DNA from: Spirochaetia bacterium
GTDB taxonomy: Bacteria > Spirochaetota > Spirochaetia > SZUA-6 > Bin103
Assembly (NCBI GenBank): GCA_965203515.1
Contig: OZ241907.1
Coordinates: 704,001 to 768,000, forward strand
Direction of reading: 5' to 3'
DNA length: 64,000 nt
This document shows positions 10,015-18,494 of the stretch, one piece after another. The translations under genes and the position numbers were made by a program. The notes beneath the pieces are model-generated. The model made no database searches. It worked only from the letters and a program-made list of their open reading frames with translations, and had not been told where the DNA came from. Position 1 is the first letter of the stretch. Every line of letters starts with the position of its first letter.

Positions 10015-10331
10015 TACCGCGGCGGCCGTCGGCCCGGCAGATCGGGAACGGCGTCGAAGCCCAGCCGAAGATGCCAGAAGGACCAGGAGCGAGCGTTGAA
10101 TATGCCGACCGGAGGATCGCGCAGCACGGCGCGCAGGTCGTCGCCGGCAGCGACCGACAGCAGCCAGCGCACGTCCTCTACGGTGCCCAACGTCATGATC
10201 TGCGCCAGCAGCAGCCGCCGGTCGGCCAGCGTCTCGTCCGGCGGCTGCCACCAGACGTACTTCCGGGCCAGCTCCCAGGCACGGGATTGGCGCAAGCGGC
10301 GCGGCTGTCGCGGACCATCACACTCATGCAC
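10014..10331 (-). CDS. Small putative antitoxin partner of AbiEii
   Basis: LARKYVWW...LLAQIMTLGTVEDV...SWSFWHLRLG; coupled to AbiEii; start uncertain. Confidence 0.65.
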   Translation of the reverse strand: MHECDGPRQPRRLRQSRAWELARKYVWWQPPDETLADRRLLLAQIMTLGTVEDVRWLLSVAAGDDLRAVLRDPPVGIFNARSWSFWHLRLGFDAVPDLPGRRPPR

Positions 10332-10456
10332 GCGCGTCGTCCTCTTTCAGAGTATATCCGAGGAAGCGTGAGACGCGCTGACGGCGCCGCGGTTCCGGGC
10401 CGAACGGCCGAGCCGCCACGGAAATACCGGATATTTCATTTTATCCAACCGTCGCC

Positions 10457-10485
10457 TTGACACCCGAATCGACCGCGCCGATACT
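10457..10485 (+). promoter_or_regulatory. Sigma70-like promoter of the NHLP precursor
   Basis: TTGACA-N17-GATACT, then GAGGAG RBS near 10514. Confidence 0.55.
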
Positions 10486-10528
10486 GGTAAGCCGTGGATA
10501 CACCACACAGCTTGAGGAGCTCAAGAAT

Positions 10529-10801
10529 ATGGAAACGGCGCAGGAAATGCATGCCAAGATCGTCGGCAAGGCGGCCGAGGACGCGGAGTTTCGCGCCCGA
10601 TTGCTGAGCGATCCGAAAGGAGCGATCGAGCAGGAGTTGGGCGTCACCATACCGGCGTCGCTGTCGATCGAGGTGCACGAAGACAGCGCCGAGACCGTGC
10701 ATCTGACGCTTCCCCCCGACAGCAAGCTGAGTGAAGACGATCTGGAGCAGGCTTCCGGCGGCTTCATCCATCTCTTGATCAAGGAATCCGAGAATTGGTG
10801 A
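10529..10801 (+). CDS. NHLP (nitrile hydratase-like leader) RiPP precursor; predicted core FIHLLIKESENW
   Basis: KAAEDAEFRARLLSDPKGAIEQELG, VHLTLPP, LSEDDLEQASGG double-Gly site. Confidence 0.9.
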   Translation: METAQEMHAKIVGKAAEDAEFRARLLSDPKGAIEQELGVTIPASLSIEVHEDSAETVHLTLPPDSKLSEDDLEQASGGFIHLLIKESENW

Positions 10802-10847
10802 TCGGTAGCCGCCCAGCGGTCCTGCCGGCGGCCGGATGACGCGGCGT

Positions 10848-13418
10848 TCAGTGCTCGTGGTGCTCGGCGTGGTCGTGCAGGGGCGTGTGGCCGTGGAACA
10901 CGCCACGCCGGTGCATCGCTTGGTGCAGGCGGTTCCAGGCGCCTTCCAGGGTGGCGCGGAGCTGCCGGTACCGCGCGGCGTCCGGGCGCGGGGCAATGGT
11001 GTCCACGTAGGCCAGGGCGCCCTCGATCTGCGCGATGATCAGCCCGGCGTCGTGCGCGGAGAACGGCCGCGCGCCGTCGACCCGCACCTGCACGGCGCTG
11101 GTATGGGCGGCGACGTCGCCGCCGCGCCCGCGGTAGCTGCCGCGCACCCGCAGCGCGATCCAGGTGGAGCCGGCTACCCGTACCGCCGCGCGGCCTGACG
11201 CGGCGAGCCGGCCGCCGGCGTCGACCTCCTCGGCTACCAGCCCGCCGCAGATCACCTCCACCGCGGCGATCGGCACCGCCACCGACTCTACCCGCCACTC
11301 GACCGCCACGCTGCCGCCGCCGGCCGGCAGCTCCACGATCGCCCCTGGCGCGGCGCCCTCGACCGTGAGCTCCGCCAGCGGTCCCACGGTCACGAAGGTG
11401 TTGCCGGCCTTGAGGGCCGCCATCCAGTCGTCGTAGGTGAACTCGCGGTCGCCGAGCTGCGTGTAGGTACGCACGCCGCCGAGCTGCGAAGAGGCGGCCA
11501 TCTTGTCGGAACCGCCCACCACCGGCAGCCGGTAGCCCAGATTGAGGTAGCGGTACCAGTCGGCGATGCCGTAGGGATTGAGCTGCGTCTCGCACGGGTT
11601 GAAGGTCATCATCTCCATCGCGTGGACCACGCCCAGCACGATGTCGGCGGCGCGCTCGCACTGCGGATTGGGGCCGTGCGGCATCACCACCACGCCGCCC
11701 TGCTCGATGCAGCGCGCGGCCCACTGGGCCATGGTCACCTCCTGCGGGTCGCCGATCGCCGATTCCGCCGGTCCGCCGGAGCACAACGGATGGATCATCG
11801 GGCCGGAGTACCCCAGGAGCGAGATGTGGCCCAGCACCTGCATGCGGTTCTCGGTGCCGACCCGCACCAGGAACTCGCCGGAACCGCCGAAGTCGCGCGC
11901 GCCGAGCGTGGTGGCGCCGTCGAAGTCGCCGACGTTGCTGAACATCTCCCCCCACTGGCTGGCCAGCAGGTTGACGACGTTGACGCCCTCGGCGGCGCCC
12001 TCCAGGAGCGCGGTCTGCGGGCTCAGGAAGTGGACGTGGGTGTCGGCGGTAACCCAGCCGCGCTCGCGCCAGCGCAGCACCCGATCCAGCTCGAACACCA
12101 GCTCGTCGGTGTCCGCCGCGACCGTCACGCGGGCGCGCAGCGGCCGCACCTCGTAGCCGCGCGTGATCTCCACGTAGACCTCGCCGAGCGGCAGGTCCGC
12201 CACGCACTCGCCCGGCACGTAGGCGTATTGGTTGGCGCCGTTGACGAACTCGCCGTAGTTGTCTTCGAACCAGTTGCCGTTGACGGTGCGGTGGTTACCC
12301 TTGGGCGGTAGGTATTCGCCGGCCGCGCCGTGCAGGTGGAGCCGCACCGCCACCGGCTGCGAGCCGCCGCGCTCCACGACGCGGATCGTCACCGGCCGCG
12401 CGGCCGCGGCCACCGCCTGCGGCCCCGCTTCCAGGGCGCGCACGTCGTACCGTCGGCCGCCGGCGTAGAGGCGGGCGTCCGGATGGGCGGCGTACTCGAC
12501 CAGCGCGCGCGTGGTGGAGACCGCCGGCTGCAGGTTCGGGGCGGGCGCGCCGGCGCCGCCGGTCCAGGCGGCATGGTCGTAGTCGAGCGCGGGCCGCGCG
12601 GAGATGATCGTGCCGAGGTCGAGCTCCAGGCCGGGGAGGTGGCCGGCGGCGTCGAACGCGGCGCCCGGCGGCAGGTCGAGGAGGAGCTTGCGCCGCGTGC
12701 CCGGCCGCAGCGGATGGTCGGCCAGCGCGGTGGCGGCGATGCCGTACACCGCGCAGCGCTCGCTGCCGGGTCGGAGCTCGACCGCTTCGATGGCGCGGTC
12801 GGGGTGCGGATTGGGCAGCGCGTAGAGCCACGCCAGGCGCTGCCCGGCGTCACGGCCGGAGTCGTGCCGGGTCTCGCCGCGGCCGTAGCCCCGGGCCGCC
12901 AGCCGGCCGGCCGCCTGATCCTCGGCGGCCGAGGCGAACACCCGATCGGCGTACATCGGAACGGCGGCGAAGGGGCTCGCCCCCCAGCCGATGCGCGCCT
13001 GCTGGATGGCGAAGCGGCGCCGGATCGGATGGACGTACTCGGACCCGCCGGCGTAGCGCAGCACGTAGTCGGCGGCGTGATCGCCCAGCTCGTTGCCGTC
13101 CGCGCCGTCGTCCGCGAAACCGGTCAGATAGTTGGAGGCGCGGTCCTCGACGTGATGCAGGAAGACCAGATAGGTCGCCTGCAACCCTCCGGCCGGCACC
13201 GTGACCGGCGTCTCGGAGTCAGCCGCCGCGGCGACCAGCACGACGTCCGGGCCGCGGCCGGCGCCCAGGTCGAACGGCACGCCGCGAAACGCCTGCCGGC
13301 CGAACAGGCCGGCCAGGTCCGGCGGCGGCGCCAGCGCTTCGGGAAGCGCGCCGCGCTCAGCGTTGTACGCGCCGGCCAACGACAGCGGAGTGAAGCGGTC
13401 GGATGCGGGAGCGGCCAT
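10848..13418 (-). CDS. CehA/McbA-like PHP-fold metallohydrolase
   Basis: GWVTADTHVH, GGSDKM, WMAALKAGNTFVTVGP. Confidence 0.75.
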   Translation of the reverse strand: MAAPASDRFTPLSLAGAYNAERGALPEALAPPPDLAGLFGRQAFRGVPFDLGAGRGPDVVLVAAAADSETPVTVPAGGLQATYLVFLHHVEDRASNYLTGFADDGADGNELGDHAADYVLRYAGGSEYVHPIRRRFAIQQARIGWGASPFAAVPMYADRVFASAAEDQAAGRLAARGYGRGETRHDSGRDAGQRLAWLYALPNPHPDRAIEAVELRPGSERCAVYGIAATALADHPLRPGTRRKLLLDLPPGAAFDAAGHLPGLELDLGTIISARPALDYDHAAWTGGAGAPAPNLQPAVSTTRALVEYAAHPDARLYAGGRRYDVRALEAGPQAVAAAARPVTIRVVERGGSQPVAVRLHLHGAAGEYLPPKGNHRTVNGNWFEDNYGEFVNGANQYAYVPGECVADLPLGEVYVEITRGYEVRPLRARVTVAADTDELVFELDRVLRWRERGWVTADTHVHFLSPQTALLEGAAEGVNVVNLLASQWGEMFSNVGDFDGATTLGARDFGGSGEFLVRVGTENRMQVLGHISLLGYSGPMIHPLCSGGPAESAIGDPQEVTMAQWAARCIEQGGVVVMPHGPNPQCERAADIVLGVVHAMEMMTFNPCETQLNPYGIADWYRYLNLGYRLPVVGGSDKMAASSQLGGVRTYTQLGDREFTYDDWMAALKAGNTFVTVGPLAELTVEGAAPGAIVELPAGGGSVAVEWRVESVAVPIAAVEVICGGLVAEEVDAGGRLAASGRAAVRVAGSTWIALRVRGSYRGRGGDVAAHTSAVQVRVDGARPFSAHDAGLIIAQIEGALAYVDTIAPRPDAARYRQLRATLEGAWNRLHQAMHRRGVFHGHTPLHDHAEHHEH

Positions 13419-13480
13419 GATCGATCGTACCATGCCCGGACGCACGATCGCCGCGGTTTTGGGCTAAACTACGCCAGCTC

Positions 13481-14335
13481 ATGGACTCGCCAACGTTCCC
13501 GGCCGGTCGTCCCGCGTCTGATCCGCATGCCGCCGAGCGCGCCGCGCGGCCGGCGCCGGACCGGTTCGCCGGTCCCGACCTGACTCCGTCGTACCGGCCC
13601 GCGCGGCCGTTGGCGACGCCTGCCGCCCCGGTCAGCGCCGCGGCGCCGGCGCCCGCCTTCGACCTCGAATCCCTGGTGACGGAGGACGATACGCCGGTGG
13701 ACAACATGCCCTCCGAGAAGCAGCAGCGCCTGCTCACCGAGCCGTTGTACAGTTCCTGGGCCGGCCCCGGCTCCGGGCGTCCGTTTCTGGCCGCCGCCAA
13801 CGTGGGCGTGTTCCCCGAACCGCGCAATCCGGCGATCGTGCCGGACGTGTTCCTGAGCCTGGACGTGCAGGTGAACCCGGACTGGTGGGACACGAGGCAC
13901 CGCTCCTACTTCGTGTGGGAGTTCGGCAAGGCGCCGGACCTGGTGGTGGAAGTCGTGTCGAACCAGAAAGGGAACGAGGTCGGCGGGAAGCGGCTGCGCT
14001 ACGCGCGGATGGGGGTCGGGTACTACGTGATTCAGGATCTGTTTCATCGGGTGATGCGCGATGACCTGCGCGTCTACCGGTTGAGCGGCCGCAGATACGT
14101 GCGTCAGGGGCGGCCCTGGTTCCCGGAGCTGGGGCTGGGGATGACGCTGTGGGAGGGGTTGTTCGAGGGCGTGCGCAGCCGGTGGCTGCGCTGGACGGAC
14201 GCGCATGGCGAGTTGATCCCCACGGGCAAGGAAGCGGCCGAGCGGGAACGGCGTCGCGCGGAGCAGGAACGGCGTCGCGCCGACCGGCTGGAGGCGTTGC
14301 TGCGCCGGGCGGGCATCGACCCGGAGCAGGAGTGA
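13481..14335 (+). CDS. Uma2 family endonuclease
   Basis: TEDDTPVDNMPSEKQQRLL, IVPDVFLSL, PDLVVEVVSN; ERRRAEQ tail. Confidence 0.9.
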   Translation: MDSPTFPAGRPASDPHAAERAARPAPDRFAGPDLTPSYRPARPLATPAAPVSAAAPAPAFDLESLVTEDDTPVDNMPSEKQQRLLTEPLYSSWAGPGSGRPFLAAANVGVFPEPRNPAIVPDVFLSLDVQVNPDWWDTRHRSYFVWEFGKAPDLVVEVVSNQKGNEVGGKRLRYARMGVGYYVIQDLFHRVMRDDLRVYRLSGRRYVRQGRPWFPELGLGMTLWEGLFEGVRSRWLRWTDAHGELIPTGKEAAERERRRAEQERRRADRLEALLRRAGIDPEQE

Positions 14336-14371
14336 GCGCGCGCCCGCCCGGGGCGCGCCGCGGCCATCCGC

Positions 14372-14389
14372 CGTCACAGGTAGCGGTTG
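14372..14389 (+). repeat. Left 18-bp direct repeat CGTCACAGGTAGCGGTTG (copy of xylA 3' end)
   Basis: Identical to 18477-18494. Confidence 0.9.
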
Positions 14390-14460
14390 CCGCGGCAATG
14401 CGCCGCCTTGACTGCCGCGTGTTTCACGGAGCACACTTCATGACAATCGAGGTGTGTGCA

Positions 14461-14928
14461 ATGCACGGGGATGTCGAGTTCTTCGTTGACGGCCGTCCCG
14501 TTACCGTCGCCGGCGGCAGTCTGAGCGTACGCGAGTTGCTGAAAATGTCGGACAAGCCGGTAGACGGGGACTATGTCGTCTCCAGAGACGGAATCGAGTA
14601 TGACGATCCGGACCAGTCGATCGACGTCCGTTCCGGTGACAAGATCGAAATACGAAGAAAGCCGGATCGGACCTCGGGTGCTCCACATGAAGTTCACTAC
14701 AAGGTGAATGGCGAGGATCAAGTCACTACGGAGAATCCGCTCACCGCGGAGGAGATCGTGCGGCGGGCCGGTAATCCAGCCGCCATCGACGTCGACGACC
14801 TTGGCAGTTATCTCCTTGAACGTGTCGATGGAACGAAGTACGATCGGCCGGCCGACGTAACTATCCGTGACGGCGACGAGTTTCTCGCCATCCATCGAGG
14901 TCCTACCCCCGTCGCATGGGCGCCGTAG
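14461..14928 (+). CDS. Multi-ubiquitin-like protein (two beta-grasp domains), BubA/BilA-like
   Basis: Two repeats (FFVDG..LSVRELL..DY..SGDKI; YKVNGE..LTAEEIV..SY..DGDEF) ending IHRG-PTPVA; upstream of E2 and E1. Confidence 0.8.
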   Translation: MHGDVEFFVDGRPVTVAGGSLSVRELLKMSDKPVDGDYVVSRDGIEYDDPDQSIDVRSGDKIEIRRKPDRTSGAPHEVHYKVNGEDQVTTENPLTAEEIVRRAGNPAAIDVDDLGSYLLERVDGTKYDRPADVTIRDGDEFLAIHRGPTPVAWAP

Positions 14929-15296
14929 ACGTCGTCGAACGCGAACTTCGTGATCTGGATTATCGTCCGGAAGTCGTCGATTTCCCTGGTTTCAATTTTG
15001 GAAGGGTCGTAATATTCGACTACTCCGTCACTACCGGCCGCTATCGAGGCCGCACGTTCAGAGTAGGCATCGGGTTCCAGGAGGAGGGATACCCGGAATA
15101 TCCGCCGCACTTCGTTCTGGTCGCTGATCTCCCACATGCTCACCTAACCAAGCACTCCACGCACCAGCTCGACGGCCAAGTGTGGTCGGTGTTCAGCGTA
15201 CCCCCTGGCGATTTCTGGGACAAGTTGGCCTCGGCAGACAAGAACCTGAAGACGTACGTTCGCCGGCACCTGATGCGGGTCTGGCGCGAGTTGTGA
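14916..15296 (+). CDS. Prokaryotic E2/UBC-like protein without cysteine (BubB-like)
   Basis: YPEYPPHF motif, WSVFSVPP; lies between Ubl and JAB-E1; overlaps both neighbours. Confidence 0.7.
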   Translation: MGAVDVVERELRDLDYRPEVVDFPGFNFGRVVIFDYSVTTGRYRGRTFRVGIGFQEEGYPEYPPHFVLVADLPHAHLTKHSTHQLDGQVWSVFSVPPGDFWDKLASADKNLKTYVRRHLMRVWREL

Positions 15297-16762
15297 GGTA
15301 CGACGCGGTTCTGACCGATGCCGCGCATCAGCAGGCGTCCGCATTGTTACTCCGGCACGTTCGAGAGGGGCGCCGCCAGGAAGACCTGTGCTTCGCTCTG
15401 TGGCGGCCCGGCACCGGGGTCGAGCGGCGATCCGCGCTCGTCTTCGCGATCATTCCTCCCGGCGACGGAGAACGGCTGCTGCATCGCGGAGCCAGCTTCC
15501 AGCCGGCCTATCTTGCCCGGTCGATCCGACTTGCCCTGCAGAGCCGATGCGGTCTTGCGTTCATGCACAGTCATCTGTCGCCGGGCTGGCAGGGCATGAG
15601 CGCAGTCGACGTGGTCGCGGAACGCGATCGCATCGCCCCGCCGGCCCGTGCGACCGGGCTTCCGCTCGTCGGCCTGACACTGGGAACCGATGGGAGTTGG
15701 AGCGCGCGGTTCTGGCTTCGCGGCAAGGACGAATTTCAGCGGCGGCGGTGCGAGAAAGTGCGCGTGGCCGGCGGCGGCCTGCGCCTTACCTGGGACGACA
15801 AGATCCGTCCGCCGCCGGAACGGCGGCCAATGCTGCGGCGTACCATCGACACCTGGGGGGCGAGGGCGCAGCAGGACCTCGCGCGCGTGCGGGTTGGCAT
15901 CGTCGGTCTGGGCAGCGTCGGCTGCATGGTCGCTGAAGCGCTGGCGCGCATCGGCGTTTCCCGGGTGGTGCTCATCGACGCGGACCGGGTCGAGGAGCAC
16001 AACCTGGACCGATTGTTGTACGCCGGCCTCGATGATGTCGGAATCCACAAGGTAGAGCTGGTCGCGCGGCACCTCAAGCGGTCGGCGACGGCAGCGGATT
16101 TCCGGGTCGACGCGCGGATCGGCTGGATTCAGGAACGCCCCCACTTCCTTGCGGCGCTCGATTGCGATATTCTCTTTGCCGCGGTCGACCGCCCGCTGCC
16201 CAAGGACGTGCTGAACCACATCGCCTACGCGCACTGCATCCCGGTCGTGTTCGGCGGTATCTTCGTCGCTCGGAAGGCCGGCGGCCGTCTTGGTCAGGCT
16301 GCGTGGAGCGCGGTCGTCGCGGGCCCCGGCCACCGCTGTCTGCGTTGCGATGGACAATACACCTCGTCGGACGTGGTGATGGAGCGCGACGGCTCGCTGG
16401 ACGATCCGTCCTATGTTCACGGAGATCGGCACAGCGACCGGGGGCGGCGCAATGAGAACGTGTTCCCCTTCAGCGCCAACGTGGCGAGTTACATGGTCCT
16501 GGAGATGATCCGGCAGATCGTGCGGGAGGATTGGTGGCCGGCCACCACCAAACTCCATTACAGCTTCGTCCCCAACCGATTGTCGACCGCGCACGAACGC
16601 TGCCGCCCGCACTGCTCGTTCGAGCGAATCACCGCGGCCGGAGATTCCGCTCCGTACCCGTTCATCGTCGATCCGGCCCGCCGGGAACGGCTGCCACGGA
16701 AATACGGCCTCCTCATTATTATGAGGTGCGTGAAATGGATCAGGAGGATGGTCGGTAGATGA
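15293..16762 (+). CDS. JAB/MPN peptidase-ThiF/E1 fusion (BubCD-like)
   Basis: QEDLCF...MHSH...SAVD (JAB); GLGSVG, IDADRVEEHNLDRL, CLRC, CRPHC (E1). Confidence 0.9.
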   Translation: MRYDAVLTDAAHQQASALLLRHVREGRRQEDLCFALWRPGTGVERRSALVFAIIPPGDGERLLHRGASFQPAYLARSIRLALQSRCGLAFMHSHLSPGWQGMSAVDVVAERDRIAPPARATGLPLVGLTLGTDGSWSARFWLRGKDEFQRRRCEKVRVAGGGLRLTWDDKIRPPPERRPMLRRTIDTWGARAQQDLARVRVGIVGLGSVGCMVAEALARIGVSRVVLIDADRVEEHNLDRLLYAGLDDVGIHKVELVARHLKRSATAADFRVDARIGWIQERPHFLAALDCDILFAAVDRPLPKDVLNHIAYAHCIPVVFGGIFVARKAGGRLGQAAWSAVVAGPGHRCLRCDGQYTSSDVVMERDGSLDDPSYVHGDRHSDRGRRNENVFPFSANVASYMVLEMIRQIVREDWWPATTKLHYSFVPNRLSTAHERCRPHCSFERITAAGDSAPYPFIVDPARRERLPRKYGLLIIMRCVKWIRRMVGR

Positions 16763-18003
16763 GCAAGATAATACGGCTGTCGCTGCAGAACGTCAGATGC
16801 CTCGGCGATACCCAGTCGGTCGATATGGGAAAGATAACGCTGCTGGTCGGCGAGAACAGCACCGGCAAATCGACGTTTCTCGGGTGCTGCAATGCATTCT
16901 CCCGTCTGGCGAGTCTCCGCGACTTGCGGGACCCGGGTCCGGGAACCTCGAACTGCTTTGATGAGAAGCCCTTTTCGATGGGTGGATTCGGGACTATCGC
17001 ACGGCATGGATCCGATGCCTTTTCGCTCGAAGGGTCGTTCCACGAGCATTGCCATACCATGATCGGGTTCACGTTCTCAGCGGATCGCAGCGGGCACCCA
17101 TCCGAGTCTCGGTTTCGTGTAGAACTTCCGCCCATCAACGATGTGGAGAGCCACCTCTTGGTGACGCGCGTTCCCGATTCCCCGGAGACGTGGCGGTTCG
17201 ATGGCAATGGGTTTCACATCGATATTCCGCAACATGCCTTCTCCTACAGACAGTTCTCGACCTGGCTTTCAATGGCGATACGGCACGGCTCCATGCCGTA
17301 TGCCGGACAAAGTAACGCCTACCGGAGGAAAGCCGGCAAGTCCTCGGCCGCCTTCGCCAGGCTCATCAACTTCCTGCAGAAGATGCCGCTTCCCCGGGAG
17401 TCGCTGCCGGTGTATGCGGTCCCTCCCGGTATCGTCTGGCGTCGACGGGTATTCCCGTCCGATCCGATGCCGAACTGGGATGACGAGCTCCGCGAGTTCC
17501 TCTCTGAAGAAGGGCGGAATCTCGGCTTGTTTTCGGACATAAAGGTGGGATCGGACGGTCAGCATGAAATACATGTGGAACAGAGCGGTCGATGGCACAA
17601 TATCGTCGACACCGGTTTCGGTGTGTCCAGCATCCTGCCGCTGCTTCATGCCATGTATCGGCAACAAGAAGGCGCCACGTTCTTGTTGCAGCAACCGGAG
17701 GTCAATGTACATCCCTCCGCACAGGCTCGACTGGCGCAGATGATGGCGGAATCGCCTCATCGTTTCGTGATCGAGACGCACAGCGATCACCTGATAGATC
17801 GATTTCGCATCTGCGTCATGGAGAAGGTGCTGGCCCCGGACGAGCTCCGAATCGCTTACTTCCAGCGAGAACCGGAGCGTGAAGGGGCCGTGATCTACAA
17901 CATTTCGGTAGACGAAGCCGGAAATCTCGATGGCGCTCCGGCAGGGTATCGCAAGTTCTTCTTAGATGAGACCGACCGTCTGTTGGGCTTCGGTAGTCGT
18001 TAG
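16759..18003 (+). CDS. ABC/AAA_21-type ATPase (DUF3696-like C-terminus)
   Basis: GENSTGKST, DTGFGVS, QQPEVNVHP, IETHSDHLI; ATGA overlap with E1. Confidence 0.85.
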   Translation: MSKIIRLSLQNVRCLGDTQSVDMGKITLLVGENSTGKSTFLGCCNAFSRLASLRDLRDPGPGTSNCFDEKPFSMGGFGTIARHGSDAFSLEGSFHEHCHTMIGFTFSADRSGHPSESRFRVELPPINDVESHLLVTRVPDSPETWRFDGNGFHIDIPQHAFSYRQFSTWLSMAIRHGSMPYAGQSNAYRRKAGKSSAAFARLINFLQKMPLPRESLPVYAVPPGIVWRRRVFPSDPMPNWDDELREFLSEEGRNLGLFSDIKVGSDGQHEIHVEQSGRWHNIVDTGFGVSSILPLLHAMYRQQEGATFLLQQPEVNVHPSAQARLAQMMAESPHRFVIETHSDHLIDRFRICVMEKVLAPDELRIAYFQREPEREGAVIYNISVDEAGNLDGAPAGYRKFFLDETDRLLGFGSR

Positions 18004-18017
18004 CATCGTCAGCGGAC

Positions 18018-18488
18018 ATGTGTACCCATACCATCATCGATGCAAGTGTGTGCGGAAAGATCGGTACTGCTCAAATGCAGCCATTGCTGGGCTGGATAAA
18101 GCGCGGACACGGCATTCTGGTATACACAGACGGCGGAAGATATGACAAGGAGCTGCATAACAAAGCCTGTAAGAAAGCCTATGATCTATTCATGTCATAC
18201 CGGCGGAGTGGCCAAGCACGGCTGTTCAGGTGGAATCAGGTAGGGACGCAGGAATCGGAGCTTGACAGCGCCACGCTTCGTTCCAACGATCCTCATATCA
18301 TCGCGCTGGCGCGGGCGAGCGATACCTTGGTACTCTGTACGTGCGATGGTGACTTGCAGAAAGACTTCCTGAATCGAGAATTGCTGCCGCACGTGAACCG
18401 GAGACGGCGAGCGGTGTATCCGTTACGAATCACCAGGAAGAGGCAACAGGATTTTCTCAGATCGCGCGAATGCCCGCGTCACAGGTAG
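18018..18488 (+). CDS. PIN-like domain protein
   Basis: [25 protein letters not shown] acidic PIN pattern. Confidence 0.7.
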   Translation: MCTHTIIDASVCGKIGTAQMQPLLGWIKRGHGILVYTDGGRYDKELHNKACKKAYDLFMSYRRSGQARLFRWNQVGTQESELDSATLRSNDPHIIALARASDTLVLCTCDGDLQKDFLNRELLPHVNRRRRAVYPLRITRKRQQDFLRSRECPRHR

Positions 18489-18494
18489 CGGTTG
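18477..18494 (+). repeat. Right 18-bp direct repeat (xylA terminal codons and stop)
   Basis: Identical to 14372-14389; contains both the xylA stop and the PIN gene stop. Confidence 0.9.
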
